From: Hydrolagus colliei
Lineage: Eukaryota
Reading direction: 5' to 3'
Length of the DNA stretch: 64,000 nucleotides
Assembly (NCBI GenBank): GCA_035084275.1
Contig: CM068750.1
Coordinates: 5,456,001 to 5,520,000 of the forward strand
Part shown: piece by piece, positions 1 through 12,131 of the stretch
Layout of the letters: each line of letters starts with the position of its first letter
How positions within the stretch are numbered: the stretch's first letter is position 1
Made by a program: the position numbers and the translations under genes
Notes under the pieces: generated by a model
The model's database searches: none
What the model was told of the DNA's origin: nothing
What the model saw: the letters and a program-made list of their open reading frames with translations, nothing else

Positions 1-2838
1 TCAAACAGGTCCCAGCACCTGGAAACTACGAACTCTGTTCAGACAGGAGTTAGCTGCAAACAGGTTGAATGACAGGGGAGAGGTCAAGTTCTGAAATAAC
101 TACTTCTGTTGTGGAGTTCAGCGAAGAATTCCCTGTGTCATGAGGTCATAATGTCTGTCTTTACATCCTGACACAGTTTGTAAGGAGGATATTGTTCTAC
201 GCTCGTTATTTGAAATCAATAGGGACTTGCATGCTTACAGTAGCCTTGAACACATTGGAGGAAAATAACAGATGTTTTTTGATTCTTTCGAAAATTTGAC
301 TTTGGATTAACTTCCCACATGGCTGTAATGCAGCGTCACTTTTGTTTTAGTAATTGCAAATGTGAAATACATTTATTTTGACTGGCAGCATCAATCAGAA
401 TAGGCCATAATCAGAAAATACATTTCTGATGAAGCCCATGCCTCCTTTTTGGTATGTGTTCGAAGCTGCCCTCAGCTGATTCCCAAAGTTTATACCGAAT
501 GAGGCGTGGGAGCCTGGCAGTATTTTGTAGCAGAAAGTTATTCAACCGCCTAAAAAAACTAATTTCAACAGATTGGCAGGAAACTGATTTAAGACATAGT
601 CCCAGACGACATCATTTTGTGCTCCATTACAATAAGCGCTCGCTATTTGACCCCTTGTCTGCTGATATACAACATATATGCTCTGCGACAGGACAGCAGT
701 GATCAGCAGTTATTTTTTTCCTGCGCTTGCGTTAGTCAAGAATCCCTTAGCAGCTTAAACAATCAGACTTTCTTGATACTCAGCCTAATTTGTGCATAAA
801 CTACAGCAACCACCACAGATTGTGTTTATATAGTGCTTTTCACATCAGGATAACAAACAAGGAACTGACTACACTTTGGTAGTGGTAAAAATAAAAGTAA
901 ATTGCATGTGAATCTTTTCCTTTTCTTGAACTTCGTCCATTTCCAATAGACATCCAAGTAATTATTTGAAGATTCTTTATCTTGATTTGTAAATGCTTTT
1001 AACTATCATCCTACTCTAGGACTTCCACCTGGTTTGTTTAACAAACACATTTAACTTGGGTTTGTTCCAAACAGAGCAAAACATCTTAAGTTTATTTTAT
1101 CAGTTAGATTACATTTTGTCCTATAGTTATAGGCTGTAGGAAGCTGGGCAGCCTGATAAGAGAAATTACACCCCAGGGTCAGATAGACAAAGCAAACAAA
1201 TAGTGCCTTTAAGGCTCGATCAAAATCAAAGTTACAATTAGTTGCTAACTTTATTTTGGGTTAATCTTAAATCTTTGTGAGTTTGACTGGGTGGGCAGAG
1301 TTTATACCTGGTCTTCAGACAAATGTACTTTCTTTAGAAAACATCTGTTTCAGTTTGATCAAGTGTAGTGCCTCAGCAATATGTTAAAAACATCTGTTGC
1401 TCTACTGAAATATTCAAACTACTTCCTTTTAACTTCGAGTAAAACAACCTGTGATCTTCACATTCACACTTTAAACACAACTATCAATTAAATCTAGTCA
1501 CAATTTAAATTGATTGTGTTCAGATGATCTTAATCATTCTTGCATTTGATGATCCTTGCACGTGGATTCCATGCTTAACAGATACTTCATATATTATGTA
1601 TAATAATTCTGAATAATCCTATCATGTTGTTGAGCCGTCCCAAAGCACTTCACAGAATATATTGTAAAGGGGATTGACTGTAATTTGTGGGCGAAATCTA
1701 CACACGCCCTTGCAAAGACGACCCTGCTTTATAACGGTTGGGATGCATTTCCCATTATTTTAAAATAAAGTCTTGCAAACATATTTTGGTTTAAACCTGA
1801 TGGAATGTGTAAAACGCAGCGCTTTTCATAACTTGGAACGTTTTAGTGGCCACTGTTCGTTCCTTTGTTATTTTTTTTACGATTCAGCATGCTTGCGTCT
1901 GGGAATGCGGAGTGTTGTGCTCTAGTAAGTTTGGCACCTGGATTTTCTGGCCTCACACTAGTCACACGTTCTTTTGCCATCATCGTAACTATGCTCTTCC
2001 CTGTGGTGACGTGCCTTCAGATCTCTTCTTCTTCTCGGCCGGTGATCAGTCGCATTTTTTCAAGCATATTTTTAGATATTCTGCGGGTGGGGGAGTGTGA
2101 GAAACCTATATGGTTTTGCTGTTAGAGCGTCTCTCCAGGTAATATTCTGTGTGGAAAGCGAATGGTGATAAAAGAGGCTGTTTGTTTTGCTGCACCAGCA
2201 TAAACAGATCTTGGGGCGGGGGGAGTGGGGGCCTCAATGAAGTGGTGCAATAACATTTGAATTTTAAATTGCAGAGAGGAAATGCATCTCCTCTTCAGGA
2301 TGTCATTCACACCCACAGGATCCACTTATTTCCCCGCCCCTTTCCCCACTCTCCGTTCGGAACAAGAGGTGATGCTGACTGGCAATTGTATTTGTCCAGC
2401 AAGGTCTAAAATCTCTTACAGTGAGCAGAATATGTTAACACGTTAGATCATTTGTCTTGGGGGTTGTTTTTTGGGGCTGGAATGGTTTAAAGCGCTCTGA
2501 GACCTCCTCCAACGTGAATGGTGCAATATAAACACAAGTTGTTGTTGTTGTTTGGCAGCCACACAAAATTTATCTTTGAAATATTGTGGCATTAGTGGTG
2601 ACAAAAGTTGTCCTTCCAATTTTCGTCCCGTTTGTCCTCCTGAAATCACTTATTGGGACTTATTGGTCTTTGCCAAGTGAACGTTCTGAATGTGTGTGGT
2701 TGGGAAGAGGTGTCTGCACTTTGTGTGTGTGGGTGTTGGGGGTGTGGGGTTTGAAGACAGGGAGAGCTGAGGAGGAAAGGAAGTAATTAGATTGTAAAAA
2801 AAAGGTAACTAGTACTATTAACAATCTTTTCAAGTCTT

Positions 2839-3162
2839 ATAATAATAATCCTTGTATCTGATATAGAACTTTTCACGTCGTCTAGACGTCTCAAAGCGCT
2901 TCACAGAATATACAGTAAAGGGAATTGGCTGTATATTTGTGGGTAAACATGGCAGCCAATTGCACATAGCAGTGTCCCACAGACAATTGTGGATTGAAAT
3001 GATGTATTATTATTTTTGTGAGGTATTATTATTAGGCGTGAGGGATTATTATTAGGCGTGTGCAGCAAGGAAACTTGCCCAAGTTTTCACCCTGCCTGGA
3101 ATTTAACCCAGGTCTCTCGCTTGGAAGGCGAGTGCTCTTACCACTCAGCTACAGGACTCCAC
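2839..3162 (-). mobile_element. Full-length tRNA-derived SINE (family 1)
   Basis: Reverse complement reads GTGGAGTCCTGTAGCTGAGTGGTAAGAGCACTCGCC...GGGTTAAATTCC (Pol III A/B boxes), then a body, an L2-like tail and (ATT)n; matches the other copies in the window. Confidence 0.9.
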
Positions 3163-6100
3163 TATAAATCTTAATAGTGGAATTGCATAAATAGCTGTCA
3201 TTTTTAACGAATTTCAGCAGATGGGCCTTCAGCAATGACCATTTCACGCTGGTAAGATACCCGAACAATCTGATTTAGTGTTATGAAGGTGACAAGTTGG
3301 TGAGTGCAGCTGTCGAGTGCGGAGTTGTCAGATGAACATCAAAAGCCATTGATCCACAGAGGCTCTACGAGTGTCTCAGGTAGAGATAGCTGCAGAGCAG
3401 AGGGCCAGTGTGTTAGTAGGAAGTCATTATATCAATTGCTCATAGTCAGAAACAAACGTGAGCATTTACATCTCAAGAGTAACTTGCCGTGGGATGGGGC
3501 TGTACAGTATTTAAAGACTTTTGCCATTTTTTACAAATATTGTTTCATGAAACCATGGGTCTGTCTGGGTGAGGTTTCTTATTTCTAGAAGAAGGAAATG
3601 GGGAAACACTATCACAAGGTGCCGATAGAATGAAATCCTTTCACTCTCTGCTGATGTTTATTCTGCACGATGAGGTGTCTTTCCATCCCGTAAGGAATTG
3701 CAAGTTTTGATTGGAAAGGGTTAGGTCAAGAAAGAAAACTGATAAAAGTATGAAAATAAATGGGCAGCAGCCAATCTGAAGGGAAACATCTTAGACAAAT
3801 AAGTTGCTTATGCATAGAAATGTATTTGATCAAGCAGATGGCATTGACATAGGAGCTAAATCAGGACTTTGGACTCATAAAACCAAACAGCTTACTGCAA
3901 CAAAAATATTCATAAATCTGCTGTGAACAATGGATTGTGTATTGAAAGGAAAACTATGCAGGCAGAATATCTACAAATCGTGGATCGTAATGCTGCGATA
4001 TATCAAAAACCTCCCGATATGGAAGGCACTATATCAAATGCAAGGATTATTACACCACCCCAGTGTAACAGATTACTGCATTGCGAAATATCTGAATTGG
4101 GATTTAATTTACACGGCCTCGGTATGTTTTGAAAGGTGATGGACATAGAGTTAAATGGACATTGCTACTGGCAATGGACCAATTTCTTTTCATGGCTTTT
4201 TGCGAGAGATACAATTGTCAAACTATACAGAAACATGACAAGTGTTTTTAATTAGAAATAAAAATGGATATGATAGAATAGAAGATTGTAGAGCTGATCA
4301 TATTGCTGTATTGTATACTCTGCTCTACCAAAGCTTTTTGGCAGAACAAGGTAGTGAATTAATTGTTGACTAAAACCTATGTTTGATTGATCAGCAATGT
4401 TCAATTCACTGGGAACTTCTATTTAACACATCAGAATCTAACCTGTTTGAGACATATCTTGCAGAAGCCTTGAGTTATGTATTGAAATGAAGTAGGGTTA
4501 TCATATGAACAATAGAAGATGCATCAACTTGACTTGCCTCTTGTGTGATTGTAACTAGATATTATTATATAAGCAGTCACTGTTTGAATAATTAAAAAAA
4601 CATTCAAATGAAGAGATAAACAGATAAGTGTGCAATTAGTCTTAAGTAAGTAACGTTAATTCAACATTTTACCTTCTTATTTCATGCATTATGCATTTTA
4701 AAAATAAAAGTAAAAAGTATAAACAATTTAGCCTGCCTCAAATGGGCATTTAAGCTTTCGAATGAGTTTCTGAATTCTTGCCTGTTTGGTTCTGTGCGCT
4801 GTGACTATTTACTGGGAGCTGCTAAACTCTGGTGCAACATGCAGTGAGCACACCAGGAAGTCTGTTTTCAGAAACAATGTAACTGTGTATTATCATATTG
4901 GCTAATTAGAGCTTCACAGCTTCTGTTTAATTGATGTCATCATAAAGTACCCTGCTGTCTGCCGCAGCCAGAATTTAAATGTGAACTAAATGGGGCTTGC
5001 GAACTTCCTTTTCCGACTTTATGCCAACCCTGTCAACTTTTGCTTGGTTTTGCTATAAGCACTATTTTAATTTTAAAAAACAGCCTACGTGCATCATTCG
5101 CCATGCTACACGAGCGCAGTCTTGATCAAAATCAATAAAAATGCAAACTTTTGAGTATCTAGATATGTTTGCGAAGATGGGAGGGAACTGTTTATGCAAT
5201 AGAAGGGCGCTCCTAAGTATAATGGATTTGGTAGAAAACTACTTAATACAATACCTTAAAGGAGATAGGTAGTTAGATTCTTAAAGAGTAACAAGTGCTT
5301 TGATGTGTGTAACTAGACTGAGTGGTTGTTATTTAATTACAACCAAACTTCATTGCCCATTTGGGTTTTTCACTGAAGTGCAATGTTTATTTGATCAATT
5401 CAGAGCTTCAAAGAGGAGGAAGGAAGTATAAAACAACATGGTAAGGATAGTGGTTTGGTGGGAATGGGGAGGTGCAGTCTGTAACTAAGGGTAGCTTTTC
5501 CGATAAGTAAATTGTGGGAGGCTATAAGTTTTTGAAGCCTGGTTTTTCATATAATTTCTGCAAAATAGAATCGGAGACTGAACGAGGTATAGAGACGTGT
5601 TTCTTTGAGTTTTGTAAAAAGTAAATAGTCTGCTGCATGCAATCCCTGTAATTATTTTGTTCCGTTCAATAATGTTTGAAAGCTTCAAAAGTTTCTGTGC
5701 CTATTGCTTCAACATGTCCTTTTATTTGCCGGTGATTGAGTTCATTTCAGAATCCGCTCTAATGCTTAGAATTAAGAATAAATAGGAAGCACATAAAAAG
5801 ACACCTCCCTTTGCACAGGTGTGGAATCTGATGATCTGTGCGCATTATCTCCCTCACTGGAGCTATCTACTGTAATCCCAGTGTCCTACCCACACTTCTC
5901 CTGGACCTTTGTAATAATATTTTTCCTCGCGTTGAGGTAATTCACTTTCAGTAATTTAAGGACTTGGTTGCAACAGACATTTGAGATAATGTATTCCATA
6001 ACCTTCTATGTTTAAAAATAAACACTGTTACATCTTAAATCTAACCAAAGATCTATATTAGTTACTTGGACTTCCAAATTTGCTAGACTTTGTGTGTTGC

Positions 6101-6801
6101 TGTTATAAGTATTCTTTACTTGTGCTTTACATTGTTGTTGTGAGCAATAAGAGTTATTACTGTACTTAGCTTTTGGTGGAAAGACTTCTAATTCTAGCTG
6201 TGCGCAATTCTTCGGTAATAATTTGTGTACGTCATGCATCAAGATAATAAACACACATGTCTCGACAAGGTTGTTAGTTTTGAATGTCTGTTTGTACATT
6301 ATGTTAACTCTTTGATTCAAGTGGGTTTATTCAGTTTAAAATACATAAAATGAATTCCTCAGAGGGAACCAAACTCTGGCAGGTCATAAATATGCTACAT
6401 AAAGAGCTGTCCCCTTCTGCCTATTCCCTACGAAGCAGTTAACTAGTTTTAAGCTTTGCTTGACACTGTCATTTCAGACATACAGTGAGCATGCTTACCG
6501 AGGCTGTGTGCAGAGCTGTCTAGATCACCAGCCTGTACATGGAAGTGATGACAGATTGATTGATTGGTGATAATGAAGATACTTTTCGGAGGTTTAGAGT
6601 TAATGAAATATGACCCACAAGCATTAAAATCCTTTTCAGAAAAAATCTCCCCACACGTTTGTTTTATGTTAAGTTGGACTCAGGTATTATTATTTAGATG
6701 TAATTTAACAGTCAAAGCGTCTGAAATATTCATTTGTAAAAGATTAATTACTGAGTTCATTGTAAAAGTGATGTTTCCACCAACGGTGTCACATTGTTGG
6801 A

Positions 6802-7110
6802 GTGGAGTCCTGTAGCTCAATGGTTAGAGCACTTGCCTCACAAGTGTGAGACCCGTGTTCGAATCCAGGCAGGTCAGGGTGAAACCTTGCGCACGTTTCC
6901 TTACTCCACACGCCTACTAATAATCTCTCCAAAAAAAAATCAATAATAACAATTGGTCATTTCAATCCACGACTGTTTGTGGGACACTGCTGTGCACAAT
7001 TGGCTGCCGCGTTTCGCTCACAAATATACTTGTATATTCTGTGAAGTGCTTTGAGACGACCAAAAGACGTGAAAAGTGCTATATCAAATGCAAGGATTAT
7101 TATTATTATT
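6802..7110 (+). mobile_element. Full-length tRNA-derived SINE (family 1)
   Basis: GTGGAGTCCTGTAGCTCAATGGTTAGAGC head, GTTCGAATCC B box, body tgtttgtgggacactgctgtgcacaattggctgcc, tail gtgaaaagtgctatatcaaatgcaaggattattattatt. Confidence 0.92.
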
Positions 7111-7561
7111 GTCTTGAAGAAAGGCACATGTTCTACAATGACGTCCTAGTTCAACCTCCCTTCCTCACTATGGGAATGCAACCAAGGAAGTTCATGGTTG
7201 GTTTATGGACTTCATTTAGGAGAATGTTGAGCATTTTGTTTCGCCAACTGGATCATTTGAAGTTTGTGCACCTTCCAGTCCTTACTGAAATATATTTATT
7301 TGGCGAGATGGTAACATCAGGGTACATAGCGAGTGCCTATGTTTAGTTCAGCCACGGAGGCCTAAAAGCATAAAAAGGATAAGAACAAATAAAAAAAAAC
7401 ACCTCCCATCACTCTCGTGCAGCAATACAGCAAATCTAAACCACCAACAATTTTCCTGCCAATTTTAAAGACACTGAACCACTTAAGTGATGCAGGCGGC
7501 CCCATCAACTGCCTTAAAAGTCCTCAAACAGTCACTGCAACAATTTTCTTCATGTTTTGTG

Positions 7562-7608
7562 CCCCCTCCCTCCCTCCCTCCTTCCCTCCCTCCCTCCCTC
7601 CCTCCCCC
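7562..7608 (+). repeat. (CCCT)n microsatellite / polypyrimidine tract
   Basis: ccccctccctccctccctccttccctccctccctccctccctccccc. Confidence 0.9.
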
Positions 7609-9196
7609 ACACAGCCTTCACACCCGCTCCCGCCCCGACCACCTCCCCTCTTCACCATCGTCTGCCACACGCTGGTAATGTTCCAACTCCCTTTTTCCTG
7701 CCATGTCTGTCCTGTGTGGCTGACTCATGTGTCTCATCGGCCACTCCCCGGCACTCACACTGTGCTGTGTTGTTTGGATCTGTGCCGACCGCTGACATTC
7801 CTTACATACTGGGAATTAAGATGTTGGGATGTTTTGCCTAATAATTCTTTGACATCGTAGCTGCAGCTGCCTAGGTCTTCTGTTGTTGCTCTGACTTTTA
7901 TAGACAGGAATTTGTCTGAACAAGCGTTCTAATGCTCGGTGGCAAATTAACACATTGTGAGGTTTATCACATTGAGGTAATTCCAACACCATTGTCAACT
8001 GTAATATCCGTGAACCAGGGCTTCAGGCCTCTAACTCATGCCTTTGACTTGCGGTTAGTGGGATACCAGCTACTCTTGTACATCTACAGGAAATCAAAAT
8101 CCCAAATGTTGGAGGGGGAGGTGGAGAGCTCTGTTTCCATAAGATCTCTGTGGAATTTAACCCCATTTTGCCTTCCGAGTGTATGAATTTATAAAGCTTG
8201 ATGAAGTGTCTTCGTGGAGGAACAGGCGATACTTTCATGTCTAGGGATCTGAGTTTCAATGTAGCATGGGATGACTGCAACTTCTCTCTGTACACTTTAA
8301 ATGACCTATAGCAAATTGAGTTTGCGCAGTCGTAACCTAGTTCTTAGACCTTGTGTGCCTACAGCAAAGTAGTTTGCGCGAAATTGGCAATCAGAAGAGT
8401 GGAGTTAAACAGCTGCATATCAGGGATGTGATACTATAATAGTAACATGTTTCCTTTATGAAACCCGCTCACTTTTAACATCTAAAGAATTAATAACCGT
8501 CAGATTAAATTACAACAACAACACCTTGCACTTAAATAGCACTCTTGATGCAGGGTAGCCTCTCAGAGGACTTAATTTAACCTATTTCTATTAACGATTT
8601 CTATTTATCGAATCAGTACATGGGAAGTTACCTTTTTTAAAAAAAAATGATTGATCAAACTTTCAGATTTAGTGATGAATTAAATCCCTGCTGTCTAAAT
8701 GTTTTCAGTGCTGCTGTAGTAATTCTTAGACCTTTCAGTCTGAGTGGAATTTGAAGGAGAATAATCTACAACAAAGACTTTCTGAGACAGTAACGAGTTG
8801 TGATTTATAAGTCAGCACCGTGTAATGTACATGTTGATTTGAGCGAAAGTTCTGAATTTTGTGCTATTAAGCATGATACTCCCAGATATCATAAACAAAG
8901 AAAGTGTTGAGTCTACATTTTATTGAATCCCTATCAGCACTGAGACCATGTGATTTGTTGTTCAAGTGTTTGCCTTTTTCAGTAGTTAAACTAGATAATT
9001 TATCTTTCAATGAACTCAAATCCTGAAGGGCATATCCATCACTGTTATTATTTTCATAAATCAGTTTGTGGATTAATGCTGTAGGCACAGATTTGTGTAT
9101 ATATAAGTGAGGCCAGTGCTAGAATGTACAGATATGTGGTTGTTAGGTTTTTACTGTATGACCACAGTAGGATATACAGTACTTGCTGGGGGATAG

Positions 9197-9470
9197 TCTC
9201 ACAAGTGAGAGACCAGGGTTCAATTCCAGGCAGGGTGAAAGTTTCCTTACTCCACATTGCCTAATAATAATCTCTTTAAAAAAATTGGCCATTTCAATCC
9301 ACAACTGTTTGTGGGGACACTGCTGTGCGCAATTGGCTGCTGCTTTTCGTCCACAAATATACTGTCAATTCACTTTACAGTATATTCTGTGAAGTGCTTT
9401 GAGACGTCTAGAAGATGTGAAAAGCTCTATATCAAATGCAATGATTATTATTATTACTTTTATTATTATA
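9197..9470 (+). mobile_element. 5'-truncated SINE (family 1)
   Basis: B box GGGTTCAATTCC, same body and tail as 6802-7110. Confidence 0.88.
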
Positions 9471-9547
9471 GGCTTTGTTTCTATGTGACAGAATTTAATT
9501 TATGTTTCTTCAAACAATGCGTTTTACCCTCAAATTCGTTTTACCCT

Positions 9548-9660
9548 CAGAACAGGTCTGACGAAGGGTCGGGGTTCCGAAATGTTGATTCACTTTCCTC
9601 TCCCCATAGATGATGCTGCCTGATCTGCTGAGTGTTTCCAGCGATTTCTGTTTCTGTTGC
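9548..9660 (+). mobile_element. Penelope-like element terminal repeat with decayed minimal hammerhead core
   Basis: CTGACGA-A-GGGTC-ggg-GTTCC-GAAA-TGTT followed by ctctccccatagatgatgctgcctgatctgctgagtgtttccagc; related to 58630-58768 and 25575-25795. Confidence 0.65.
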
Positions 9661-10007
9661 TTTATAATGGGATGAACAAACTCTTTATGAAACCCAGCAC
9701 AGTACTGAGAAGCTTTTTCTTCCTGTGATTGCACATCAGCTTGTCATGAGGAAGGAGATGAACCGGAGGTGGCACACACAGGCACAAGACTCTCGAGGGG
9801 GGTGGTGGTTGGGGGGGAGCCTATATCTAACGCAGAGGCTCTATAGGGCCAGAATGTCATATCTGGGACTGACGAAGGGGTAATATTATAGGGAGTTTGA
9901 TACTCTCCAGGGAAGTAATTACTGAACTGTGGCAAATGGTAGCAGAGGAACGGAGGGTCTCCTCTGTGACTAGAATGGTTTTGCCTATGGCTGTGAAGGT
10001 CACAGCT

Positions 10008-10680
10008 GCTGTGAATGTTTTTGGCGCTGTATCATTCCAATTACCTGGAGGGCATGTCTAAGGCATGAGCTGGGGAAGTGTGTCTACCTGCATTTAAGAC
10101 ATGACTGATGCATGATTCTGCAGCAATCGTTTTATTTATTTCCACAGTGTTATAGGGATACCATTACAGAGCTAGCTATGCCTTTTCCACTGTTGTTGCT
10201 TGTCTTTAGGTCTCCGGCATCAATAACAACATACAGGTGGAAATTGGGACATGGTCTTACATCAACCTCAAAGGCTCTCATTCTGTAAAGTACAGGTGGT
10301 CACTGATGCACAGTGATGGATCGTTTATGTTCATATGAAAGCCCTAGGATTAACACAATCCTATTGCCCTTAGACACTTCTCTTTAGTTGAATTTTATTC
10401 TCCACTTAACGGTTTTATAAATAATTATTGTTTTGGAAAATGTGAGTCACTGTTTCAAAGATACGTAACAAGAAAAGTTGATTTCTTTAGCTGAACATCA
10501 GGTGAAGTAATTTGTTAAGATGTCTTCCTTGTCCGATGCATGTAAACTATAGGACAAAGCATCACTGTAGATATTTTTAAAAGTTTCCTCTGTGCTTCAC
10601 ATGGGATTGCTTTGGTGGTAACAGCAAAAATTATGGCCTCCAGGTATGTGGAATGATACAGCGCCAAAAATGTTCACAGC
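10008..10680. repeat. Long-range inverted repeat: 48-bp arms at 10008-10055 and 10633-10680
   Basis: Left arm gctgtgaatgtttttggcgctgtatcattccaattacctggagggcat; reverse complement of right arm gctgtgaacatttttggcgctgtatcattccacatacctggaggccat (43/48 identical). Confidence 0.85.
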
Positions 10681-11935
10681 GCAGAGAATTGACCTTTGTT
10701 TAGTCTTTCGGATTATACAAGCACAGAACAACGTTTGAATGTTACAAACGAAGGACAATTTCAATTGAAAAAAATTCAGTCCAATGTTACGTTCCTGATG
10801 GGATTCATTGTTAAGGAACTGATCCATTGGCTTTGCGTGTGAAGGGCCTTAAAGTTCTTGGTTTAGATGATTATTGGCAGGCTATATAAAAAGACTGTCT
10901 TCATATGGTCACGTTGGGTGAATAGTTTTACTGCCTAGTATAATGGACTAATTCTGCGGTAAGGTTCATTGCCTTTGTAACAGGAAGGTGTACCTTGCTC
11001 CAACACACCCAGGAGAAGATCCATTGCTGATTACTGATTGTATGATGGTTATATAGAATCAGTGACAAAGAGAACCAGACTTGCTGGGTTGAGTAGCCTT
11101 GTTTCTTGCCAAATTTTAGTATTTTTAAAAAATAAAGGTTTATTTTTCAATCGTTTTTGTATTTGCCTGGCTAACCCTCAAGCAGCAAGTTTAAATATCT
11201 GACTCACACCTCCTACTAGTTATCCTTTCTTGCCCAGACTATCTGTCTGTCTTGGGGAAGGTTGCCCTCTAGGGGAAATACTAATGTGGATATTCATGCA
11301 TTGGATTTTAATAAGCATCTCCAATGTTGAAAGTTTGAGGTTCAAACATCCTAGGTATGAGAACAGTTAACTTTGCAGTTTAAAATAAAATTCCAGTTGT
11401 TAAGGATCTCTCTCCTTCTTCCCCCATCTATGTCATTGTTCATAACTTTTGAGTGTGGCAGAGCTTCCTATCGCTGTACAGGAAAGGATACAATGAGTTT
11501 ACATTCAGTTTTGTGCATTTACTGTGCTGTTGAGGTATTGTTTGCCTACTTCTTAATTGATTGTGATAGACATGAAGTGAGCAAAGTGTCAGATGGAGGT
11601 ACGTTGCTGCAGATGCAGGAAAAAATGGAATCAGGCAGGAATAAAGAAGAAATTACATTTGATTCTTGAGTTCTCTGGTGAAACCGATAGAATGCCACTC
11701 TCCATATCTTTCTCAAAGTTTCCAGCTCTTGGAAAGTGGTTGCCCACTAAACTGATGGAAATACTGTACAGGACTGTATCTTGCTTGTAGTATAATGGAA
11801 ATAAGTTACTTGCATTTTGAATGGAGCAGGGGTAAGACCACACTGGTAATAGTTTGGGCATTCTATTTTCAAACGAATGTAGATCAGAAAGGAGCTACAG
11901 GATTATGAGGAGTATAGTAGCCTCTTCATTTATGA

Positions 11936-12131
11936 GCAACAACAACAATTTACATTTGTATAGCGCCTTTCCCATCAGAAGGAAGCCCCAAAGCGCTGGA
12001 CAGTCAAGGATCTGTATCCATCCGAGCTGGTGGTTGGGATCAGGTGAGGTAAAGAGTGGGGAGAGGAAGCGTAGGAGGGTGACTGAAGGCACGGTGGAAG
12101 AGGAGGGTCTTGAGATGGGTTTTGAAGGAGG
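11936..12131 (-). mobile_element. L2-clade LINE 3' end
   Basis: caacaacaacaatttacatttgtatagcgcctttccc...gaagaggagggtcttgag; reverse complement of the 25040-25246 sequence type. Confidence 0.8.

Noticed and set aside
7417-7860. Pro-rich 147-aa ORF and overlapping ORFs
   Set aside because: Produced by the (CCCT)n microsatellite and C-rich tract.
9868-9900. Second CTGACGAAGGG hammerhead-like start
   Set aside because: No stem II closure and no downstream GAAA core.
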